DNA of 64,000 bases from Ptychomitrium polyphyllum (taxonomy: Eukaryota): contig OZ316775.1 in NCBI GenBank assembly GCA_973851085.1, forward strand, positions 20,894,001 through 20,958,000. The letters run 5' to 3'. The translations under genes were made by a program, and so were the position numbers. The number at the start of each line of letters is the position of its first letter. The first letter of the stretch is position 1. Positions 24,300 through 36,253 of this stretch are shown here, piece after piece. The notes under the pieces were generated by a model that made no database searches, was not told the origin of the DNA, and was given only the letters and a program-made list of their open reading frames with translations.

Positions 24300-26318
24300 T
24301 CAAGTGACAGGTTTGTACTGAGGCCAATTGGCTGGTTGTGCAACTTCAAATGGTACCAATTCTTTTAAGCCACCGTATGAAGTCGGAATCTCTTCCTTGC
24401 TGATATCTCTCAACAAAGTTTCTTCTATTTTGTTATCATCCACGAAAATGATCTGCAAAGAATCCAATTCCATCAGTCTTTAATTGCCAACTTTCACCTG
24501 AAAGATGCGATGTTGAAGTCATGTTCATAGATGTGACGATTTTTCTGCAACAACACCCTATTCCTCATGAGCAATCAACTAAAAAGAAAATCATACAAGT
24601 TTATCTAGCAGAATTAATTGACCTTCGGAGGAAAGTTAATTACCTTTGCTTTTGTAACTGGGTCTAGGAAGGGAACCATCAATTTCCAAGCACCCCAGAA
24701 TATCGTAGGGGCATGCAGGACGTACACCTTTCCCAATCTTTCAGGATAATAAGCCTGCACGCTTCATGACCACAGGTTCAGAATCTCTTCAATGAAGCGT
24801 GATATTTAAGAAGCCTGCACTGCTGTACAGGTTCGATGAAAGGTACGTCAAATATCGTTCAAGTAATCGACAAGGAAGTAGAAGTTCAAAACAAGTGATA
24901 CAGTAATTGTAAGTGAAGAGACAACGAAGCTCCACAGAACTTGAACGTAAGGTTTAAAGACGTTCATAAAAGAAGAAGCTGACTGTTACCTGAAGACAGT
25001 CATATGAAGCAAGCCATCCTCGCACATCCAGATTCTTGAATTTTACGCCTTTTAGGTCAGCAATGACGTTAAACTTTTCCTCTCCAGCTGGAATACTGCA
25101 AGAACAAGACTCACCAGAGCAATTAAGTTACTCTGAAGAATTGAGCCATCCTCAATCCCTTGCTATCAGTCTAAGCCATATTCACACATTTTTCGTTGCC
25201 TGGTTGGCATAACAAAGATGCTAGATGCTACCAAAGAAAGGACTAAAGATTCATCTCCTCACTGCCAACATATCCCACTTTGAAAAAAAGAAAAAGCCAC
25301 TATAAGTAAAGTGCACTATAAGATGTTGCAGCCTTACTTACGAACAGCCTGTCATTACAGTACCGTGACAATCATAGCATGCACATGCACTTGAGTATTA
25401 CTCCTAGGCGACAGTAACAACCTAATCCTCAGAAACTTTGTAGCTTGCGGTTACTGCCGAATTACCTGGCAATAAGCTTGTCTATAAAATAAGTGACAGC
25501 CCCTGCGACATAACAAACAAGGTCAACTTCAGTAATGAATTACTTGGCAACAAGTTTGTCACAACAATAAGTAATACCTCCTGCACCATAAGAGAACAGA
25601 TCAACTTCAGTGATCGTTTCTGTGCGTACCACAAGTCTGTAGACAAAAGGTTTCAAAAAAGTGCAAATCAGGAGATAAGAATACATGGTGTCTTCTGAAA
25701 GCATGTTCACATTGAAAATAAAGCAACAGACAGTAAGTTAGTCGTGATTAAATTGGAACAATTTACAAATGCAGTGACACCTACGTTTATATTGCTCGAG
25801 ATTTTTGCTGCCAGTGGGAAAATGCTTCCTTCCTAAGAACACGGATAGTGGGCGGCCAGTTTTGTCATGGCCTTGAATGAAGTATTTCTGTCCCGCAATC
25901 TCATCCCTAATCTCGTCGTCTTGAGCGTGACCCAGAGGGAAGTACTCCCGTCGCCATTTCTGGTGGTCTGCAAACAATTTGAAACCCTTTGTAACGTCCA
26001 TGGACCTCGCTCTGAGGAACCGGAGCAAGGTTGCGTCATCTATGTCCTGAGCACAACAGGACATTCCAAACCCCCGCTCACTCTGTGAAATGTGCTTCAC
26101 GCATACAAGGAATCTCTGTATTCAATGCACATCTTCATCAGCCAATAACTGCAGCCCAACCGTGAGTTTACCTTAGATTCATGGTCAAGCATGGCAATCT
26201 TTTCCCGCATTTGCTTCAACAACTCAACTTCCTTCGCAGTCAGCTCCTTCGGTGCGGCAGCGTGACCACCATTCTGATGGGCAGCAGCTTCGACCCCCGC
26301 ACCATTGGTTCCCGTCAT
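24300..26318 (-). CDS. CRAL-TRIO / Sec14-like lipid-transfer protein; exons 26318-26172, 26046-25785, [25580-25544 OR 25502-25466], 25095-24990, 24754-24644, 24452-24300
   Basis: Motifs DDATLLRFLRARSMDV, GHDKTGRP, IADLKG, LQAYYPERLGKVY, PFLDPVTKAKIIF and IPTSYGG. All junctions are GT-AG and in phase with either version of exon 3. Confidence 0.93.
25460..25611 (-). repeat. Diverged tandem duplication (78-bp period) of Sec14-like exon 3 with its acceptor region and donor
   Basis: actgaagttgatctgttctcttatggtgcag|37 nt|gtaattc versus actgaagttgaccttgtttgttatgtcgcag|37 nt|gtaattc. Confidence 0.9.
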
Positions 26319-28398
26319 CGCTAAACCTCTCGGCTGCTGCGACCGAGAAACACAATCTATACACCGTTAGTAACAGTAAGAGTGAGATTTACCGGCGAAT
26401 GCCTCACCTTCAACACAAATGAAGGAATAACAGCGAAACCGCTTGTAAAAATACGGTGACGGATCACGTGTGTTGATACCTGAATCCTAAAAGCCTCGAA
26501 CAATGTCTGCCACACCTCAACAACCGCTCAATCACTCACAGAAACCCCTACTTCTCCTAATGATCTGCCTCACCTTCTAACAAAATAAAACAGAGCTCTC
26601 CAAACCTAACCGCTACTACAAAAAACCTCTCAAGTGCACAACAAGGAGAGACGAGCTCTTGCCGATCAGCTTGGCTTCGAGCAAAGAAACAAAAACCAAA
26701 CACGGAAAAAACTCACGGCCGAGGCAGGTCCACGAAGGAAAGGAAACTCACCAGCCTAGAGAGCTTCCAGGAGTTGCAAGGAATCGGCAACCAGCCTGCT
26801 CCTATTCAGTTAGAATAAGAATTTTAACGCGCCACCTGCCAGGAGATGGAGCCGAAGCTGTAAGAAAATCGCCAAAGGTCTCATATATTCTCAGAGGGGT
26901 CAGAAGATACATGTGCTTTGGCCTGTAAGTCAACTCCACTAGGAAGTCGTCATTACAGCTTCGCCATCAAGTAAGGTCGTGAACTAGCAACGCAGTCCAA
27001 ACCTTGATGCGCAGGATAACATGTTTGTGACCTCGAATCGCTGTCTCTACTGACGACCACCTAGTGAATCATGATCATGTGCGACACTAGATAGGTCCTT
27101 AGAAAGAAGCAGTTAGTTAAGTACTACGTTGACGACGGAGTTAGAGAACCTGAGCGTGGTTCGAACAAGCTTGGTCATCGCGTATCGCGATGATCGTAGC
27201 CGTCCGGAAATTGCGATGGATGCTGTTGAGATGCTGTCGCGAGGCTGGAATCAGGCGTCATCTCCATCTGCACATGACGCGAGGCAAGTGCAGTGTCCGG
27301 GACGCATGTACAAAAAGCGACACTCTACGGAAAATCGACGCTTGAGATAGATATCGAAGCCTTGAGTGTATATGGATCGTAGATAATGTTGGTTTTTGGG
27401 TACGGCAACCCTTGTACTGTAGTGGTTGCGGGAGGGCCGGAGTCTAGAGAAGCGCATCTGGTACGGTGAAAAGTGGCTAGGTTCTGCGGAGCGTGGACAC
27501 TGTGGCCACGTCTATCTTCGTTTCTTCCTTTTTTAAAGCTTACACTGTAGCGTCCACAATATTGTTCAACCCTTGTATAAGGAACCTTTATAAAGGATCC
27601 GAACAGAATTATCAAGTAGGATGAGGTTCTTTAACAGGGAGAAAGTTACATAGACCCTCCTTGAATTCCAGCAGTTACACATATTCCAACTTCTGTAATT
27701 CGGAAAAGGTAATGCTCTTCTTTGATATGTATTAGTTATATCAAAACCAGGCAGATCGTCACTGATTTGTAACGTAGTGGGGCTACTGAAACATCCCCAA
27801 CACGGGCATGCAAATTCCAAAATATTAAGGGCCAAACAACTTACCTAAGATATGTCAAGATCCGTGACTCCTTGGTACAAGGATGTAACTGTTCACTCAC
27901 TGTGTCTCCGACTCACTACAGTTGCATTATTGCACTTGAAAATTACGAACCCAGAAGAAGAGCTGCTCCGGGCACAAGATAGAATGAAGCAGGAATCTAG
28001 TGGTACTACATTGGTTTGAAACAGACAATTATTCCAACATGTTCAATAATATCTACTATGCTCATTTGTATTTGATTGTATTTGAACTCCTTTTCCTTTC
28101 AGTTTTTCATTTCAATCAAATGAGGTGCTGCCACGAACCACTTCTTCGTTCTCAAATTAACCCAGGTCCATGAGCAAGACGCCCATGTAGATACGTACGA
28201 TGAATAACCACAATGTGATAAGCTGCTGAGGACAAGGGACCCAGAGACAGAAAATTGGAAAAAACTGAACCCTCAGGTCAACTCTAATACGGTAAAACAC
28301 AATGATGGCCAATGCTTATTGTGATTTCTGTAAGGTGTGACGATGTAGATGATTCTATTGAAACAACTGAATAAGCGAATAGAGACTTTCCTTTACCA

Positions 28399-30681
28399 TC
28401 ATTGGATGGAACGGTTTTCAAAAGGAAGCGAGACAAGAGTAGCATTTCCGTAAAATTCCTCCAGGTTGTAGAATTCTCTTTCCTTGGGAAGAAAAATATG
28501 GACCACAACATCGCCTGCATACCCCCGACAACCAGTGATTTCAGTACAACACTCGATGAACCCAATCGTGATAAACGATATAAGGACTAAATAGCGCCAA
28601 AGTTCAGATTAGCTATATAACATAAACCAAAGAATCTTATTATATACGACTGCAACGGGTGAGAGAAGTGCGCAGCAAAACAAGTCAGTTGAGAAGAAAA
28701 TGAACTCAGCACAAGTTATAAAACACAGCACTTCCTTTGACAGGTTCTTGGTTCATAAATTCCAAGCTGGTTTACGTGGAATGCCATCGGATTAGGTAGA
28801 GAATGTCACCAAATTACCAAAGTCTAGCAAAGTCCATGAGTTTGGCTTGCTATCCCCTTTAGGAGAACGATTGAACTTCTCCTCAGCTACATCTCGCATC
28901 TTCTTCCTGAATCATCTCATATTACACACAGAACAACATGAATTCGGCCTGTTCCATATGCTCACTGACTACAACTCAATACAGAACCTTCAAGATAAAA
29001 GCAAGTCAGTAAACGATATTGCTCAGGAGAAAAATAACATAGCATTTAGCAAACTGTGCAGATTGAGGTTTCAGCCGACACGGACGCTATCTGTAGAGCC
29101 AAATTTCTTCAAGACTAAAACCTTTGAAAGACTCTCAACGTACCCGACTGCATCGATCTGGGGTTTAGAAAAGGCAGTGACGATAACAAAGAAACGGGCC
29201 CAATATATAAGTGGCTTCACACACATCACTTGGATATCACTACCCTTCACATCGTTTGCAGCCTCAGCCAAGGCGACCGCAACTGCATGCCAACTTCATC
29301 GCATAAGTACGTAAACAACGAAAAACCATGAATGAGGATAAGTTTATGCTATCTAAACTTCCTCTAAAACATCAGAATTTGACAGAAAAATTTGAGGCAA
29401 TAATAAAGCCCCAAGCATCGAAGGATGATTGCTGAAGCAGCAACTTGATACACTAAGTAGCCGCAGCCTTTAGAAATGCATTCTTGTAATAATATTTTCA
29501 GGATATAGAATCAACAGAAATCCTTCATTATCCACAAAAATGACCAGAATGGGGTGGACGAAGGGTATCAAGACTCACAAGCTAAACTGTCAGAATCATC
29601 GTCAACCTCAGAAGTAACACTGCTTAATTCCGCATCATTTCTCACAGTCTCCCCATACTCTTCAAACAAAGCATCAAGGTCATCCTCTCCCAACTGGTCG
29701 AATTCTGCGTCCTGGCAAAGTTCCACACAATTGTGAAAAGATAATTGCAAACTCTCCTGCAATCGGTTATTGCAAAAAGTCGCCGAATACTCCTACTCCA
29801 ACAAGGGCGTATAATCCATGGTGCAAATACTGAATTACTAAAATTGATGAGCACCTAAGTAAAATTCCTAATTTATCTGCTCATCAGATTAAGGATTCGC
29901 CGCGCATTTCTTTTTCATTATACTCGGTTATACAAGCGACACATACCGTACTCACATAAATGCACGTGACAAAGGAAGCCGTCTACAAAACAACTGGAAG
30001 GGGGATTTAAAGCATTTTTAACAGCACTATTCTCCAAAACACAATTTGAAATCTAGATATGTCAAGACGGCCACAAGGCAAATCTGAAGCGCACAACCTA
30101 AACGTCAAAACAAGAGAAGGAATCATACTACTCAATTATTTAGAGTTCAAAAGATAGTCAAGCTCTCATGGAATACACGGATTACTGGAAAAGAAAGAGC
30201 TTATCTTCGACTTCGCGTACACGTATAGTACAGTATCGATCTCTTACATTATCAGTATAATCGCACAGCGAAACAAAATTGACAGCAATCAAACTTTTCC
30301 AAACACTTCGACGATTATAATGAAGTGTGAACAATGGGCTTCCATTAACATGACAGGCCTTAGTTGTGGAAATGAAATGGTAGATGAAGAGTTTAGCAGA
30401 TATACCTGTATTCCTTCCGTGTTGCGACCAGTTTGCGAATTTGAGACGCTGTTACATCTTTGGTTCGCAATGCACGGTGGAATCCTAAACCACCGTGACG
30501 AAAGACTAAACCTCTTTGTTCGAACACTAGAAGAGGACGCCACTTGCAAGTCAGGCATGCTTGCATGCGGTGAAACTTGCGCCAGAGTACTTAAACTACA
30601 ACCGCAGCTGGTGGCTGGCACTTGGCACAAGCTCGTAGGATTACATTGCTGCAAAGCTAACACTTGATGAGGATGAGGCAT
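28399..30681 (-). CDS. IJ: Chloroplast Iojap / ribosome silencing factor RsfS; exons 30681-30406, 29711-29579, 29282-29144, 28906-28818, 28514-28399
   Basis: Motifs AANDVKGSDIQVMCVKPLIYWARFFVIVTAFSKPQIDA and [29 protein letters not shown]. Transit-like first exon; intron phases 0,1,2,1 are consistent. Confidence 0.92.
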
Positions 30682-32688
30682 GGTGTACACCCAGGCTCAA
30701 ACCAACGAAATTCCGCAACTAACCTCCTAATCCTCCACAATGTATGAGGAAATATGCAAAAAGACAATTATAGCTCAGCCTCCCAAACCTCCCCTCAGCC
30801 TTAATAAATCTTCACGTGCACCCCAACCCCTAACTCTTGGGCTCACCATACAACCCTTTACCCTGAACCAAACCTTCCTCAAATTGTCGTCATTTCTTCA
30901 AATGCAGACACAAGCAAACCTCCAGATGTGAAAAACAGACGACTCAAGCTCAACTCAACAGAGAAACAAGCAACGCAACACTCGATCACCAAAGCAGAGC
31001 TCGGCATATGGCAATAGCGAGCGTCATCTTGGGTTCTTCCAAACTCCGTCCCTTGCACATGATGATTCCACCATCACACGGTCACCGGAGCCCCGCGACA
31101 TGCACTTCACGCGCGGCCCTAAAACCCTTCTGCCCCTAATCCTGCTGAGGGTTAAGTTTTGCGAAAGGAAAGCCGTCCCTGTACCCAAACCAACAACATC
31201 TACTATACGTTTCATACGAACCCTTTGAACTCTACGTAAGTCTTAGAAGGTTATGACAAATCAGAAGGGGTGACTAACAGCCACTGTGTCTGAAACCGAT
31301 ATTATCTACGCTTTTTTGCATTTCAGGTCGTCAAATCTACGCCACGAATAATCACTCTCAGTTTTAGGTGCAGCTATGGTTTAGGATCTGAATCCACTTT
31401 CGAGCAGCCCAGAAAGCCGGAACTGGCTTTGCCTTTGCCTTTACTCACAAAGTAGAAATATCCACGCTGACAGGAGGAGAGGCTCGGGCATGAAGGAGCG
31501 TCGATCTGCAGAGTCCAACAATCGACGGTGAAGCCTGCAGCGGGGATTCTACTCGAACTTCCGGAGCGTGCACAGCCCTCCCTGAACAGAACGGGTCGGG
31601 TCTGTAAAGGTCGGGCTAGATAGCGGTTGATGGGGAGAGGTTGGGTGACAACGAAACACAAGATGCTCCCGAGCACCCGATCGGTCGACGTCCCGTCTTT
31701 TCACTTCAGTATCTCAAGCTTGGAGGCAGCATATGTAGGGCGTCGGAGTTAAATTTTCACTTGAATTGGAAGTTAGGAACAAAGGAAATGGGAAGCCAGA
31801 GTAAAATCTGTGAATCCATCTACAAATATAATTAATCTTTTACTCTCAGAGCAATAATCATACGACGAACAAGAGTCTGAGAGGTACGTCACCAATCTCT
31901 ACTCATATTCACATGTCTTAAATGAACTCTAGAATCACAGTCACATGCATTCAAGAAAATTTGATATTGCTGTACCACAATTTGATTTGAGCGTGAATTA
32001 CTATGATACTGCAAAACGTCAAAGCCCTCCATGAGTAGCAAACCAAGTTTCCACTGTCAGGGGCCGCTCTCTCCAGCGCCATCTCCATCCGCGCTCTGCA
32101 CTGACGCACTCAACTGTACTTTACAACTAAACCTAACTCGCACCCAAGCGCCAGATATCCATAAATTGCCAAACAACTTCTACTGTCAGCAATATAACGG
32201 CACCCAGCACGCTTCACCCAACGGCTCTTTCAAATCCATACCATACTCTTTACACTGAATCTGGCAGTCCGCCAACACGAACATCGCCCGCGTAAGGCCC
32301 CAGTAACCGCGCGCCCGACCGCGCGGCAGCGCAATGACACCCAGCGTGGTGCGGGGTGCCCAACGGGGCGCGCGCGCGGGAGCGCAACGAGGAACCGCGC
32401 GGGAGGAACCGGGGCAGAGGGGGGCAGGGTTCCCGCCCTGGGGCTCGTCCGGGAGGCGGAGGAGAGCTGCTGTGAGCTCGGGGCTGAGGGCTGTGGCGTC
32501 GCAGCGCTGGGGAGCAGGGTTTAGGGCTGGGGTTTGGAGGCGCCACTGCGTTCGAGGGCGACGGGCCGAGAGTGGGCGCGCGCACGCTCCGTCCACCGCT
32601 GCTCTTCCTCCTCCCAGGCTCTTGCGCGGTCCCGGGGGAGGGGAGGGGACCCCGTTGCGCTGCGGTTGTGTTTCCGAGATCGGCAGCC

Positions 32689-33339
32689 ATGCCGGAGGAC
32701 AAGCGCAAAATGCTGCAGGCGCTGGCGGCGAAGCGCAAGGCGGACAATGAGGCCGGGGGCCGGAAGAAGCCGAAGGAGGCCGCGGCCGTGGGCGCGGTGA
32801 CCGGCAGGAAGGACGTGAAGACGGCGGGCGGCGGGAAGGGGGCGAGGGGCTCGCCGGTGAGCAAGGGCAAGGAGACGGCGAAGGCGAAGGCGAGGCCCGC
32901 CGCGAAGAAGAAGTCGGCGAAGTGGGACAGCGACTCGGAGACGTCGGAGGAGGAGGACGTGTCCGGGGAGTCGGAGGGGGACGATGTGGGCGACGAGGAG
33001 TCGGACGACGGGTCGGACGCGCCGAAGAAGTCGGCGAAGCGGCCCGCTGCGAAGCCCGCAGCGAGGCCCCCGTCGGCGAAGAAGGGCAAGGCCGTGGCGC
33101 CGGCGGCGAAGGAGAAGGACGTGAAGGGCAAGGGGAAGAAGAAGGCGGACGACGAGAGCGACAGCGGCGCGGAGAACGGCGCGGAGGACGACGATAGCGA
33201 CCTGTCGGAGGATCCGCTGGACGAGGTGAATCCGGACAACATTCTGCCGTCGCGGACCCGGCGGCGCACGGCGCAGCCCGTGAACTATGACTTTGGCAGC
33301 GGCGATGTGGACGAGGACGACGACAGCGACGACGAGTGA
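32689..33339 (+). CDS. CHZ-domain histone (H2A.Z-H2B) chaperone-like protein, 216 aa, copy 1
   Basis: Lys-rich and acidic blocks plus a C-terminal DLSEDPLDEVNPDNILPSRTRRR motif typical of the CHZ domain. ATG at 32689; intronless and extremely GC-rich. Confidence 0.8.
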   Translation: MPEDKRKMLQALAAKRKADNEAGGRKKPKEAAAVGAVTGRKDVKTAGGGKGARGSPVSKGKETAKAKARPAAKKKSAKWDSDSETSEEEDVSGESEGDDVGDEESDDGSDAPKKSAKRPAAKPAARPPSAKKGKAVAPAAKEKDVKGKGKKKADDESDSGAENGAEDDDSDLSEDPLDEVNPDNILPSRTRRRTAQPVNYDFGSGDVDEDDDSDDE

Positions 33340-35470
33340 GGGAGCGGAGCGGAGGGGCTGCTCGCATTGAGCGAGGATTCGGTACGTGCACGTTCCATGC
33401 TCCGCATTGCCCCGGAGCTGAGCTCCGTCGCTGTTGTGGTGCGTCGGCGGGAGGCGGTGCGGTGGGTGTCACTGAGTCGGCTATGGTGCATGCATGACAG
33501 GAACATTTTGGAGGCGTCGCGGGAGAGCATGGTCGAGAGTGGGTGGTGGTATGGCTGGCCGCGGGCGGCAGCGACGCGCACGTGTATTGCGGCACCTGGA
33601 GCGCGGTCCCGGGGGCGCAGCATGGTCTGTGAGCGGCGGGCCTGCTCTGCGCCGTCGAGAGTAGGGTAATTATAAGTCCGGGGGACCCGAAACGGTGGGT
33701 AGAGGGTTCCGGCCATGTGCAGAATAGGTGTCCCCTGTCTCTTTCAGAACGTGCACCCGAGTGGGACGAAGCCACAGGAACGGATTGGCAGGTGGCATAG
33801 TGTGCAGGCAGAAGAGCGGGGGCGGTCCGCCGGCGCCGTAGGCCGAGGTCACGATGACAGTGAGACAGGAGGAATGTACAAGTTATAACGTGCTGTTGTT
33901 TTGTAAAGATGGCATACATGATTTTATGTATTTGGGTGGCATGGCGGCGGGAGGATGGGATTGGTCGTCGGTGGGATCGGATTTGCATGAGTAGGAGGTG
34001 GGCATGGATTTTAGGGGTGGAGGCAGTTGGGTGTGGCTAATGAAGTCGCGAAGCGGGTGCCGTGGGGTGGTGAGGTCGCGCAAGTGGCACCTGGATGGAC
34101 CTGTCCCTCCGGGGCAGGATCCCAACACAGGAGGCACGACCTGGTTGTCGAATGTGAGTCGAGATTGGAGTCCTTGGAATGTCATGCATCGGTCATGGTA
34201 GTCTCGACTGGCTGTGGTGTCGTGTTTTTGCATCTTCGTGTCACGAAGCGTCGGTGTTTTAGTGAATGCTTTTCGATGTTGTTCGACTATCGGAAGGCAC
34301 GCAGGTCAATCTAATTTAACGCAGTTGTTTGTTCTTTTGCCGTTTGTCTGCTGTTAGCTGGTTCTGTAGCCTTGGTATGCTTGTTGGGAAGTAGCAATTG
34401 CTTGGTTCGATTTTGGCACAGAAGCAATTGTGTTTTCGAATTTGTTGTCATTTGTTGTGATGCAGTTCGTTTAAGAATCAGTTGCTTTTGGAGTTGGTAA
34501 AATATTTCTTGGAGCTGTGGTCGCACGTTTACCCCCAAATATGTTTTGGTTTGGACTACGTGGTTGTCCTACTGACTGGAATGTGACTCCTTTGAAGGGC
34601 ATTGTCGAGCTTCCTCCTTACGTGGCCTGGTGCGTGTTTGCTTGACTGCGAATTTCTCTCAGAATGATAACAGTGGCCATGATCTCGTTTATGGAAATCA
34701 GAATGCCGTGGTTTGGTGAAGAGAGAATGGAGCAACTAATTGCTTCTGGTAGATACTCTGCACTGTGTTTATCGTATTTCAAACAGACTTTTGCTTAGAA
34801 TGCGTGCTGAGTCGCTAGATAGGATAAATGCGTCTATTTTTATCGCCCAGTATCGAAGGCCTGGGCAGCCATGCTAGTGTCGTTCTTTTGCTTGCTGCCT
34901 GCTCAGCGCTTGCTACACACCCGCAACCGTTTCGCCACTCGCAGTACTAGTAGCAGCAATGTATCCATAAACAATAAGTATACGTCCATCTTAAGATGGT
35001 CCTAGATAAGATATCATCGAATACATCCTCTCTGGCCCTATTTGAGGACTTTGATGAGCCTGGACGTGCCAACGAGCGTGAAGTACACAACTACGTGAAT
35101 TTACAGGTCTACAGTTATTTCCATGAATGATCACTGTATTTATTTTGGACCAAATAGACAAGCTGTGGCTTGCTACAAATCGGTTCACTGAAGCGTTTAC
35201 AAATTAACCTTCACATTTGCCTCTAAATTCCTATGCGCCTAAGTCTACCAATAGTGAAGACACAAAGCCACTTCTGTGTGACCGCGAAGTGCCGAATGTT
35301 CCTCATTTCCAATTCCATGCTCCGAAGTATCCAGTCTCGAGCACCTTGCGACAGGCACCCACCTAGTAGCTCACTCTATCGTTGCTGCTCAACCCACGAC
35401 GCATTAGGGAATGAAATACAAAGCATTTCCTGCCGTACAAAGACAAGATTCTAGCTGCACTTAGAGTCGG

Positions 35471-36253
35471 CTAGGCTGAAGTCGAGTTCTCATCAGTGTC
35501 ACATGGAGTTAAGTCCTCATCACAGTCACATGAAATTGAGTCCTCCTCACAGTCACATGAAATTGAGTCCTCGTCACTGTCACATGAAATTGAGTCCTCA
35601 TCAATGCCATCAAGTAAAGATGCGATCCAACCTCCGCTATCTGAAGTAACGGAGCCTTTAGAGCTGTCCGGGGTCCAATCTATCCTCCCGGAAATAATCT
35701 CATGTTCTCGGACGTCGTCCTGGTGATTGGGATCCGTCGCCACCCACGAGCTAACATAATGCCCATACTGAAGGGAGTCGACGATCACATCAGATCTCCG
35801 CGCCACACCATCACGATCACGCACCCGTGTACACTGCATAAAAGATTCGTACGCTTCTCTTTTCGTCATCAGCCTCGATTGTCCCTCGACTCGCACCCGC
35901 ATCGGACGGGACTCCCGATAACGGAATCTCAAGCGAAACTCCATATCGTTTCTCACACCATAACGGGTCCGCATCATCGTCGCGATGACTGCGAAGGACA
36001 AAGCCCTCAGGAGAAATTCACGCCGTCGTACACTAGGGTGTACGTGCAACAGGCCTCCATCGGTGAGCATACGGGTTGTTTGTCGCTCGAACACGCGAAT
36101 TATTGTGCGTACCGCGCTCCGAAACTGGGGAACCGAGGCAAGGGCATCGATAAATACAGGAGACACTCGAGGGACGTGACATATCAACTGATGGATCCCT
36201 CGATCCCACCAAAAGCGTATGAAATCTGCTTGCCTCGACCTCTGCTCTTCCAT
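35471..36253 (-). CDS. Orphan 260-aa ORF with an acidic, Cys-containing C-terminal repeat, copy 1
   Basis: Uninterrupted ATG-to-stop ORF in DNA of ordinary GC content; the 27-nt repeat units preserve frame. No recognised family. Confidence 0.55.
   Translation of the reverse strand: MEEQRSRQADFIRFWWDRGIHQLICHVPRVSPVFIDALASVPQFRSAVRTIIRVFERQTTRMLTDGGLLHVHPSVRRREFLLRALSFAVIATMMRTRYGVRNDMEFRLRFRYRESRPMRVRVEGQSRLMTKREAYESFMQCTRVRDRDGVARRSDVIVDSLQYGHYVSSWVATDPNHQDDVREHEIISGRIDWTPDSSKGSVTSDSGGWIASLLDGIDEDSISCDSDEDSISCDCEEDSISCDCDEDLTPCDTDENSTSA
35483..35602 (-). repeat. 27-bp coding tandem repeat (~4.4 units; DEDSISCD[S/C]); mirror copy at 40571-40690
   Basis: GATGAGGACTCAATTTCATGTGACAGT-type units read directly. 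Confidence 0.9.

Noticed and set aside
32186..33988. 600/608-aa and 339/332-aa ORFs antisense to the CHZ genes
   Set aside because: Pro/Arg/Ser-rich shadow frames expected from stop-poor, very GC-rich DNA; no domains.
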